From Lama guanicoe (taxonomy: Eukaryota), in contig MU053416.1 in the NCBI GenBank assembly GCA_013239625.1, positions 3,122 to 46,427 of the forward strand: a stretch of 43,306 bases of DNA, in the 5' to 3' direction. A program made the position numbers and the translations under genes. Under the pieces are notes generated by a model. It had not been told where the DNA came from. It did no database searches and worked only from the letters and a program-made list of their open reading frames with translations. Below, one piece after another: positions 24,679 through 35,900 of the stretch (positions within the stretch are counted from its first letter, which is position 1; each line of letters starts with the position of its first letter).

Positions 24679-25622
24679 AGGTAGAGTGACATGTAGGAAC
24701 ACATTCTCTGATTTCTCAGCATGTTTCCTAATGCCGGTTTCAAAGTAAAAGCGGTTTGCTGTAGTAAACCGTGTGGGAGCGAGTGCCTCCAAAAAGATAT
24801 GTAAGTAGCTTAGTTCCCCTAAACCAGAAACTCTGGGTGTCCAACAAGGTAGGTGAAGGACAGCTCCAACACACATTCAGATGTCAGAAGTGAGCATGTG
24901 GAGAGGCGTTCTTTCATCCAGCAACGAAGGTTAAGTTACATACAGAAACACTTACTCTGATTTCTCAGCATGTTTCTCAAAGCCGATTTCAAGTAAAAGC
25001 GGTTTGCAGTGGAAAACTGTGTTGGTGCCAGTACGTCCCCATATATGTGAAAGCAGCATAGTTTTCCTAGTCCAGAAACTCTGGGTTCCCAACAGGCTAC
25101 GTGAAGTACAGCTTCCACACACATACAGTTCTGAAAATTGAGCATGCGGAGAGGCGTTCTTTCTTCCAGCATAAAAGGTGGAGTGACATGTAGAAACACT
25201 AACTCTGATTTCTCAGCATGATTCTTAAAGCCGGTTTCAAGTAAAAGCTGTTTGGAATCGAAAAGCTCCCTGGAGGTTGTGCCTCCCCTTGTATATGTAA
25301 GTAGAGTAATTCCCCGAGGCCAGAAATTCTGGGGTCTCAAAAACGTAGGTGAAGGTGTGTTCCACTCACATCCGTTTCCAAAATGGAACAAGTGTAGGAG
25401 CATTCCGTTTTCTAACCTAAACAGCAAGGCTACATCTCAAGCACTTACCATGATTTCTCAGCATGTTTACTTTGGTAGGATTAAAGCTAAAAGCATTTTT
25501 CGCTCAGAAACCTAGTTAGAGCTTGTTCCTGCTGTTATATATATCGGTCGGGCAGTGCCCCAACATCACAACTCTGTGTTTCTAGCAGTGTTGGTGAAGG
25601 ATGGCTTCCACATACATTCGGT
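24678..25622. repeat. Second satellite, ~248-bp monomer, nearly 4 copies
   Basis: TGATTTCTCAGCATG at 24709, 24958, 25206 and 25451 (spacings 249, 248, 245). Recurring blocks include gtaaaagc, ccagaaactctggg and gtgaagg. Confidence 0.93.
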
Positions 25623-26202
25623 TTTCTCTCCTCCTCACCCTTCTGCTTAGACATCAATGCAGATTGTGTATTGTGGAAGCCAGTGAACATTTTTTTCATT
25701 TAGGATCAGCCTCAGAGAAAACTGAGGCCTGCTTCTGCTTTTTTCCCTGCTAGATTTCCTCTTGGTGCATTTCCAGATCCTCACGAGTGAGTTCCTTTAA
25801 CCAAGTAATTATTTCAAAGAAAATGAGCAGGTTTCCATTGGGCCATTACTTCTTTTATATTCTTGCTTTTTAATACCTCTCTTCTATCTCTTTATCTCCA
25901 GGTGTCTTATTTCTATGTCCTTTGGTTGGGGATGATGGCTAATCAGCATTATTGTAGAAATTTTTGCTTGATATTACTGATCTATTTTCTTTCCATGGAT
26001 ATTTGATTTATCATTGGAAGATAGTTTCTTTAAAAAAAATTCTGGTAAGTATCTTATGGGGGATTCTGATTCTCTTGGTCTAGAATTATAATGCTTAATT
26101 TCTGAATAAGTGATACTTTCATAGAGTTCAAAATTCCAAAGGTTTGAGTGCCACCACTGTCCCGAAGCCTTTCAAACTTTTCCTTGTGGGCACTCAGGAC
26201 TT

Positions 26203-26231
26203 TGTGTGTGTGTGTGTGTGTGTTTGTGTGT
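26203..26231. repeat. (TG)n microsatellite
   Basis: Seen directly, with one interruption. Confidence 0.9.
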
Positions 26232-28351
26232 CCTTCCAGAGTTAGTTTAGCCTGAAATGAGCAAAGGCAAGTACCCCCTATTTTACACAAACAACAGACG
26301 ACTTTCACAATTTTATACCTTTTAAAAATGTATGAACTGTAATGTAGAATTTTACAAGAGGCAGTGACCTTCAGGGCTGTCAGCAATGGAGGCAGAACAG
26401 TTGGAGGGACAGCAGGTGCTCGTGCTCAGTGCTGAAGTCTCACAACATCCACGGCCGCCTCTGGTAACCCTTATAGAGTTGGTGCTGTCTGCAGGCTTTC
26501 AGGGCTGTGTCCCCCCCCACCAAATATATATATTAGGAAAAGTGGTGAGCCTCAGTATGAGAAATAATAAAGAATTAGTAGGGGAAATTGAGTTTATTGT
26601 TTTTAAAAAGAAATTTAGCATCCAGGTAGTTTAATTTCAGCTCCTAATAGACTGATGTGATGACATTGACAAAGATGTGTAAACACCTGCAAGATCATGG
26701 GGCAGGACTGGAGACTCTGAAGCAGCAATCACCACATACAACCTTCACTGCTGTCCTTGACAGCCTTCTAGAATTACTTGATAAAAAAAGCCATAGATGT
26801 TAAATATCATCATTTTGAGAAAGCAGTTCTTTTGAAATCTTATATACTAATGTAACTGAATTGGATAAAGAAATGCTAAATGTGTAATAAAGTATCCAAA
26901 GAGGTAATGATTACTGAAAACACCACAAATTTAAGAGGACAACAGGATAATGTGCATATATATTTTAATGATCTGGAAGAATCAGCTCAGCAGTGTATTC
27001 AAAATATCTAGAGATGATGTCAAAAGGGGGTGTCCTTGGATAGCTTTTTGTGAATGTTAGAGTGAAGTCAGGGTCAAGCACACAAGCTTAGTTCAAAAGG
27101 AAAAGGTGAAACAGACTTCTTTTCAAAAAGCTATTGTGTCTGGGGAGAAATCATCAATTCCATGGGTCAAGGGAAGAAAAAAACACCTAGTGACCACGTG
27201 ACTGTTTCAGGACCTGGTAGTAAAATGACAGTTGACAATTGTGTAAATTAGATATAATCTTGATGTCCAACTGACCCAGAGATTTTTAGTCCATGTGCCA
27301 AAATTATATCAAGGAATAAATAGTGATCTATGTGTTGTCGGCTCTGTTGTCCCCCCTTCATGCCTGCATTGTGATTGGGAAACTAAGAACTTCTACTGCA
27401 GGGAGGGGGTTTTCAAAAAAGTAGTGTCCCCCAACCGAGAAAATAAAGAAAGAGTAGACGTACACTGTAGAAGCACAGGGAGATATGTTGAGCCAGATGA
27501 CACTTGCTTTACTGTCAATTATTAGGAGCCACAGCTTTTTTGATGAGTTGAGTACCATATTGCTGCCTTTCTCAAGGTATTGCCCACGGCTCTTGAGAAG
27601 GGATGAAGTGGGGCCGAGGAGTTAGCCTCCGAATGTCCTTTGCCATGGATGTTCTCTCCATTTTCCACTTTTAATCTTTAGCTTAGACAAGTTGCTGTGT
27701 CTTGCCAAGTGAGCTACAGACAGTAAGTGCGTCTTGAAGCACATGGCTCTTTCCTCCTCACTGCAGCAGAGAACCTCTGCATTGGAGCATCCTGAGATGT
27801 CACTGGTGGTCATTTTTCATGTTAGGAATCAGTAAGAATGCTATGTCCACATGGCTGAAGATGGTAAGATTTCAGTCTCTAAAGTGGTAATTATGGGTTG
27901 ACCTTTTCACTTAAAGAGTCTCAGATCAACAAATGCGTGTCTGTTCTGGACCAAGAAGAAACAAGTGTTTGAAAAATAATAGCTTGAAAGGTCAGTGGGA
28001 CATGTCAGGTATCTTCTTCATGTCTTCAAGTTCAGGTATCAAACATGGGTTTCCTATCCTGAGTGATACTGACAATTTGTTATGCTCTGAGCCTCATGTA
28101 TACCAAATGCTTTCCTAAACAAAATATCTAGAAATGGTATATTCTTGACATCAGTTAAACAGGTGGAGATGTAGGAATTAAAATTAGTCCCTAATGTGCA
28201 TTGATTTTTTTTAAAGACATCAATTTTATAGAAACTTTTGAAGAATTAAAGTGACAGAAAATTGCAAAGCACCTTCTCCTTCTGGTAGAAAAGGGTTCTG
28301 TTTTCCTTTTTTGATGAATGTAACATAGAATCAGTACTAATATTGTTTGTA

Positions 28352-28425
28352 TTCTACTTAGTGCTTACAGAGTGATTCACTGATATTCTCCTATTTCATC
28401 TGTGCAATGACCTCTGGAAGATAAG
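28352..28425 (-). mobile_element. Probable MIR fragment
   Basis: tacttagtgcttac...tcctatttcatctgtgcaatgacctctggaagataag resembles the reverse MIR 3' part. Confidence 0.4.
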
Positions 28426-28954
28426 ATTTCCTAGTTAGGCTTTTTAATGTCTATTTCTTAACTCTGTCTAAAAGCAGATTGATTGAGCTAGATTTCCTCA
28501 ATTTAGAAGGCTGGACTGATTAATTGTGTCAGAACATGCCAGGAGGCAGAGGAAAGGAAGAGACAGGGGTTCTACACGATGGAAGCTGCTCCTGAAATGA
28601 TTTGACCAGCAGTCTTATCCATTTTTCCCAAGGCTGGAAACAAATCACAACCCAAGACAAAGAAAATGGGGAGCCCATGTGACTCCAGCCTTGGCACGTG
28701 GCACGTAGAGTCACGGCTGTCCTCCTGTGCCTTGGAGAGGAGGATGCTTTGAGTGTCTGTTCTACAAACTCTGTTTTGCTTTTTCTCCACATTGTCTTGT
28801 TTTACTAGCATATGCTGAAACTTGATTTACATTTCATAGCATTAAAACAAAAATCAAGATTGCTTTAACATTTGTTAACTATTTAGTAAATAGTTTTTGG
28901 TGAATCTTTAACTTTATTATTAGGACTTACCATGGCAATGTACAACACCTAGTT

Positions 28955-29270
28955 CCCCCGATAACAGCAGTGGCTTAAACATGCTCAAATTGTATTTCCC
29001 TCTTACATAAAGAAGTCAAGCAATCAGTACCCCAGGGCGGGTTTTCATGATGGCCCAGGGTCAGAGAACCAGATGCCTGTTATCTTCAGCCCATCAACCT
29101 GATGGCCCAAAGTGGCTGCCTGAGGGTCAACCATCAGGTCCACATTTCAGGCAGCAGAGAGGAGGGAAGAAAGGTGCTCCAGTTCCCTTTTGGGATGGTT
29201 CTGTGAAATCCCAGGTAGGTTTCCTGCTTTTATCTTGCTTTAGACAGAGGGCTGAGAGGCAGCTTTCTAT
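28955..29270. mobile_element. Probable old MaLR (MLT1-type) LTR
   Basis: cagtggcttaaaca...tcttacataaagaagtc and caaagtggctgc...cacatttcaggcag resemble MLT1 blocks as recalled. Confidence 0.45.
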
Positions 29271-30636
29271 GAGTTAAGCTCAGCTCAAGACCAGCCATCT
29301 ACCTCGAGGGGAGGGGTGGGAGGGGCAGGGAGGCACCGCTCACCCTGCACATGGTGTAAGGTACCACGATGAGCCGCCGGGGGCCTCTGCAGTCCTTCCG
29401 TTGCTTCGGGCTGCACTGAGCGGTTGGTAACAGTTGAGATTTTCACATAGAGGGGCGTGTATGCTGGAACAATTGCTCGGTTCATTTAAACTAGTGGCTA
29501 CCAGAGCACGTTGGAGAACACATTTGTTCTCACCTTCTAGCCAGTGACCCTCCTGCCAGGTTTCTGTCCTGCTGTTCATTTTCACATTATTTGCCAAGAC
29601 TTCCGGAGGAAATGTAAGCAGCCTGATGCTCAAATGCTTTTCTGTGTGATTCCCTCCTTGTTCTTTGAGGGAACAACAAATTGCCTGGAGAACAATGGAT
29701 GAAATGCCAACCCCCCATTTCTTTAAAGCTCTGAGATTTGGTGTTAGGAAATAGAAGAAAATTCCAAAAACACCCTTAAGAAACTTATTATTTCTTTCAA
29801 ATGTGATATGGAACAGCAAAGGACAATATATTTTATATCACAACTTTTAAGACAACTGAATTGGCAGTAAGTTCACATAGTGAAACTTCCAACAAGCCTT
29901 TATATTTCTCCTGGAAATTCCTTGGTTCTTGGTGTAAATTTTTAATAATTAATATCAGCTTTCTATTCTTTCTCTTCCTGTAGTTGTAGAGTTAATTTGA
30001 AAATAGCTCGCTGTGTCACTGAGAAAGCCTCCTGGTCAGCCTTCTAGTTAAACAGCTTGTGTGCATTTCCATGGCAGGTGTGCTAAATAGTAGTTTTCAG
30101 GCACTTGAGGGATGCCTATCACACCAGCACCGTGGGAGCCTATTTCTCACCCACGACCAGGTGAGACCCTCCTCTCCTCAGCTGCCTTGCCCAGACCCCG
30201 CATTCTGGTTCTTTCTCACGACCCATTTTCATCAGGTTCAGCCCTGCACCAGCAGAGCAAGTCTTGGTTTCTCAAAGACCAGGATCTCAGTTCTAAGTTT
30301 TCTGTTAAAGGACAGTGTATAAAATCAGGCAAATTTATATGTCTTTTGAGGCCTCAGGATCTCTGCATTTAAAACAAGAACTTGAGTTACAATACTATTC
30401 TTTTCCACTTTTGAATTTATATAGCTCCTCATAATAGCTTTTTTTTAAAATTAGCTAAACATTTTTCTAGAATATATTTTCCTAAGATTCACAAATATCT
30501 GTTAATTTATATTTAAAGATGCTATATTTAAGATATGGAATAATTATTTACTTTTAAAAAGGAATTTAAGTTAAGAAATGTTTGATACTGAATGTTTACT
30601 GTGAGTTCAAATATATAAGCTTAATTTTTGTGGTAC

Positions 30637-31089
30637 TGTTAATAAACCACACAACGTGAGAGTTGTGGGTTAAGTTTTATCTGGGGCAAAATGAGGACCA
30701 GAGTCCAGGTGACAGCATCTCAGAGAGCTTGGAGGAACTGCTGTGAAGAGGAGGGGGAGCTCATCATTATATGAGATTTCAGTGAAGGGGGACGTGTGGT
30801 CCAGTACACGTTTAGGTAGAGGCTGCTGCTAGTCGAGGAGCAGGTGTCTCTGTTAATGATTTTAGTGCTTTTCTAGATAGGAGGAGATGCAAGAATTTGG
30901 GCTCATAAAATTTCCTGAAAATGTCTAACTATCTGAAGGCTTTTCTGCCCATTTTCCCAGAGCACAGAGCTCCTCATTCCTGATCTCCACCCTGAGCTAC
31001 TTTCAGAGGGTGTTGAAGGTCAGCAGCTGCAGTGGCTCATGACTTAATCAAATCAGAGGCAGATGACAAGTGCCAATTTTTAGTTGACA
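30637..31089 (-). mobile_element. Solo ERV1 LTR, MER41-like (artiodactyl type)
   Basis: TG...CA termini. Internal blocks ggggcaaaatgaggac, cagcatctcaga, ttttagtgcttttctagat, gcaagaatttgggctcataaaa and tttcagagggtgttgaaggtcagc match artiodactyl MER41-like LTRs as recalled. The TSD is not clean. Confidence 0.7.
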
Positions 31090-32139
31090 ATATGTATATA
31101 TTGTAGGAAAAAATGTTACTTTCCATCCCTACCCTTGTTTTAGTTTTTGTTAGAGATGATCTGATAACTGTGTTAGATGACTTAGTAAGACGAGGGGGTG
31201 AAGGAGTCGTCTCGTGAGCCGGCCAGTGTTCTATGTCAGCCTTCTTGATCACATTCAATTTTCTTTCTGTTCAAACAGCATTCATCTGATTTTATGAAGT
31301 TTGGGGCCTGTTCTGAGCACTTGGGGTCTGGCGGTGGCCTTTTCCTGTGGCCTTTGTTTATTCTGTGAATTATGGTGTGAATCTTTATGTGCCCAAGCTT
31401 CATCATAATTTCAAACTTAAAGGATTTAAATATGGGAGATGGATGCCAAGTTCTGGGAATAGATTTTCAGGATAACAGCCAGGATTGGTAAAAAGTAGGG
31501 AGAATGGATACAGCCTTTAAAACGGAAATGTTATTTTACAATTTCTGGCAGGTAAATTAAAGTCCTTGTTGGGATTCTATCAGGAATGTTTAATTTGGAG
31601 ACTTACCTCCCATTTTCATGAAATAAAATAATTTTATTATTTGTTTAGTGCCTACTGTCTGGCAAATAAGTAACCCCTTTGCATATAGTTTTATCATTTA
31701 ATCTCTATCATTTGTCACAGGTGAGGGAACCAAGATCATCCAGGGCAAGTGGCAGGAAGGCAGATGGGCTGGAGGGCTTCCCCTCCTTCAGGCTGATACA
31801 GAGACACCAAGGTTTATTGACAAGCATGTAGCTGAAGTGGTTTATTTAATACTTTGCTTCCTTGATTAAGTGGATCTCTTGAAGTTGTTTATGTCTGGCT
31901 TGTCTGCCCCTCTCTCCTCTGCCTCAGGACTTCTCCTCGTAAGTAGTATGAATTCAGCCTGAACTGATTCAGGAAAATCAGAAAATAAAAAATTAGCCTA
32001 CACAAATGTCTGCTTAATCCTTGTAATTCAGTACGTCCTAAAAATCTTAGAAACGCAAGGAAGATGTGTTACCTCGGGGACTGAGTGCATTTGAAGTGTG
32101 AGAAGTGTAAGTGTGATCTGGTAAAGGCACAGGCTGTAT

Positions 32140-32310
32140 AGACAGAGATCCATGTTTGGATCCTGGCTCCACCAAGTACTGGAAACATGACCATCCAGAG
32201 TCTCAGTTTCTTCATGTGTTAAATGGGCTAATGGAGCTCACCTTCAAGCGGTCAGGTCAAAATGAGATGGTACGAGTGACTCTCAGGCAGAATTCTTGGC
32301 AAAGTGCTAG
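32140..32310 (+). mobile_element. MIR SINE fragment
   Basis: tttggatcctggctccac...ctcagtttcttcatgtgttaaatggg resembles the MIR core. Confidence 0.65.
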
Positions 32311-32905
32311 TTGCTCTTGCTGCTTTATAATGTCTTCTTAGGTAATTCCGTTGTCCATTGGCTTGTGAATACCTCCTCATTTGATTTAAGAAAAATAACA
32401 TGCCTTAAGATTTTTAAAAATAAGGAATGAAGATTTTCTGATTAAAGCTGGGTGTATTTTTATAGGCCATTTATTAAAAAAAAGAAGTAGGGGTTCCCTA
32501 AATAGAATTTATTCAGTGTGACTAGTATATGATCCAGTTAAAAATGGTTTTCCTTTAAATTCTTTTCAGAAATTTTCTGTGATCTTTTTATTGAATAGTA
32601 GTTGAAGTTTTCTGAGGAGGTGTTCCATTTTGAAAAGTTTATTCTTGTAACAATTGATACATTAAATAAATAATTCATATCCCTGGACAGCGTAAAGCCC
32701 TGGCTGTTTTTTTTTAATATATATAATTTTGGTGGTTAGTTCTATGACACTCATTGGGTAGAAGTATTTCCCATTTCCATTTTACAGGAGGAGAAGATGA
32801 GTCATACGATACTCATTATACAAGAGCAGCAGAGGGTGATTAATTTGGGCAGAGGAGGAAAAGGGTGTGGAGAAAAAAAATCCTTCATTCTCAAACTGGA
32901 CACGG

Positions 32906-32963
32906 GTTTGGATCCTGGCTCCATCAAACACTGGAAACATGACTACTCAGAGCCTCAGTTTCT
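32906..32963 (+). repeat. 58-bp second copy of the MIR fragment at 32154-32211
   Basis: Ungapped alignment, 51/58 identical. Confidence 0.85.
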
Positions 32964-35900
32964 GCGGTGCTGTGCAGCTGAAACGGTTTTGATTTTGCTT
33001 CTGGGTTGTCCTAGGGCTCGGCGCATGTGACTGGAAAGGTCTCTCGGGCAAAGATGCTAATTTCAGAAGATTGTCATTCTAAATGCTCTTAAGAGGATTA
33101 AACAAATTCCACAGCAAATAAATGAACATGTTTGGAAGGTTTTCCACCCTCATGTAGTTTCCAGAAAACAGACATGTTTCACATGCTAAACCAAACACAC
33201 AGGTATATTAATGAACCTGGCTCACATGACTGGACAGCACAGAGGGAGCCTCATCTATTGCAGTGGGTTCCACTGCAGGAACCGCACCTGAAATTTTAAT
33301 TAGAATTTATTTCCAGCGAGTGCTGCTTCGGCGTTTTTCTCCCCAAAGGAAGCGACCTCCTTGCCTGGCCTTTAGTGTGCAGAGCCCCGCGGCTCACACA
33401 CTTCCCTGCTCATCAGGAGGATGATGGAACCAGTTTGCTTAGAAACACTTAGCTACCCTCGCAGCGGGGATCATCAGTCTCTTCTGTGTGTTCACCTCCA
33501 CGCGCAGGGGAGAAAATCGAGCTTTGCTGCCGACAAACACTAATTGACCACCAGTTGTTTCAGAGGGACTGTGATGTTGAAAACTGGAGTCCCTTTCATT
33601 TTTATATGTTGGATGCAGACAAACTGCACGGCGACACCCCCACTGTAAGTACACCCACCAGGGAGGGGGTCGGAGTTTGGATCTGAGTGTTTTAGTATTC
33701 AGATCCTGGCACTGGTCAGCTTACAGTGTTCTCGCTGGGTTTGGGAGACTGTTTATGTAGCGATTTCTTTGGTTTCCAATAAGTTTGTACAGCCGTCTCC
33801 TTCAGTCGAGTTCTGATGAGTTCAGTTGGGAGGGGCATGTGAAACTGGGGCGGGCAGAGAGGTGCAATGAAAACTAGCCACCATCTGGTTACCTCTCATT
33901 TTTTATGGGCCAAAAATTCTTGTCTTGTTTTCTTTTCTCCTCCATCCACCCCTTCAGGTCAGAGAGTCATCTTCAGGAATTTCTTCCTAAAATGTAAAGT
34001 AATGATGAAGGCAGTGTGTTTCTGTGGTTGATTTCATTTGACTTGGGTTAATTTTTAAAATTTTCTGGTGAGGTTCTTATGAGCTCCTAAAAGCTGGAAG
34101 AGCAGCACAACCATGGAGAGAAAGGCAGAGAAACGTGTCAGCGGCCCCTGTGAAGTCTAGGGGACGAGAGCAGGAGGTGCGGCAGAGGCAGCACCGTGGC
34201 CTCCCCTGCAGCCCTGAGGGCAACGTGCGCATGTAAAGCCAGCGTCTCTTGTCGCCATGTGTTCTACCAGGACTCCCACTAAAGAAACGCGTGGAGATTT
34301 GGGGAGGCCTTACCTTTTACCCTCTTGTCAAACATCTTTAATGTTGACGGTATTTATTCAAGATGACACAGAGATCACCTGCAGAGCTTGAGGGAGCGGT
34401 GCTTGCTTCCTGTCTTGCCCGCCCCAGGCTCACTCATTAGACACCTGATTCTTGCAGGCACTACAGTGCCCGTGGGGGGAGCTCTGCTCCTGGGGGTCTC
34501 TGCTCCTGTGATGGGAGCTCTGCTCCTCGGGGAGCTGGGCACTGGAGTGCTCACATTGGAGCCGGTCACACCAGCGCTGATCCCTCTCCACGTGGTGAGC
34601 CCTTGGTGTAAGGAGTAGAGGTGGGACCCAGAGTCTTCCTGTGTCTACGGAGTTCTCCAGTAAAGCCAACTTGGAGGAAAGAAAGAAAATGCCTACTGTT
34701 CCATGACTGTGTCCTTAGGGTTTAAGCTCACTGCAGAGCACACGTGAGGTCTCATCCAGTAAATACTCTGGGGTCTTGACTCCGATTTGTCATGAATTTG
34801 GCATTCTCATAATGTCATTTCTCTTAAAATAGTCTAAGCAATCATTTTTGTGTGATGGTTATGTGTGCGTAAGTGTCCTGAAAAAACTGTTGTGGATGGA
34901 AGTGTGGGCATCAGTGGTACCAGAAGGGCTGCTGGCCCTGGGGGCTGCCCGAGCTCCACAGCACTTATTACCAGCAGTCTTTCAGATTGCATCTTACTCC
35001 AGAGCTCACCGGGGCTCCCATTCTCACTACGTGTCTTGAGAGAATATTTGTTCAGAGGGGAGGGGACTGGGTTCTTCCAAGTCTGGGTTCTGTGGTTCCC
35101 TGTCTAAAGGTGGCACTGGCACAAATCCTTTATTCATGGAGTAATGAAGGCCCCCAGTCTGGTGGCTAATTGGGCCTCCCTGTCCTTCTTCATGTGAGGA
35201 GACTGAGGGCTTGGGTATAGCCCCCAAGCCTGTTTTTGGTGAGCTTTCAACCCTATCACACCACTTGAGTTGTCCCGTTTAAGTCGCATGACTTTGATTT
35301 TTGCAGGTAGGTGTGAATCCTGGACAGTGTCTGGGACTTCCAGGTTTCCCCTAAAGTAGGGACACTGGAGAAAGTTCACCCCATAAGATGTGTTCGGGGG
35401 CCTCGAAGACAAGTAGGGACCCACAGACAGATACCTGGATGGGTGGCGATCAGGCCCGAGTCTTGGAAGAACAGAGATTCCATTACGGTTGTAACAGTGA
35501 ACTTGAGGGAGGAATTCTGGAAGGTCTGATGCAATTGAGATTAAAAATATTATATGGTTTTTATTGTTAGCAGTAGTGGTTTTTAACCCTTAGACCCAGT
35601 CCCCCCTTTTTATAAGAAATATTTTGTAACCTTTCTTTTTTGGTGCCCAGAAGTGAACATCATAGGAAATGTAACCTAACTATAAATATGATAAACAAAT
35701 AGACAGGTAGATGGGAGGATGGGGTACCTAAATTCTTATATTATGGGGTATTTTAAATTCTATGCTAATTAGTGACCTCTCAGGACAAAAGGCACACACA
35801 AAGGGAGTCACTTCTAATAAATTGTTTTTCCAAGCCTTACCTAACAGGGAAACAAGTGGCTTCACAATGTTAGAGCACCTCCCAGGTCCCCGGGGAAATC

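Noticed and set aside
24936..25427. 163-aa minus-strand ORF
   Set aside because: Lies wholly within the 248-bp satellite, and the frame is not kept between monomers.
34375..34669. Overlapping ORFs with GALLLG repeats
   Set aside because: Caused by a short imperfect nucleotide repeat (gggagctctgctcct). No coding evidence.
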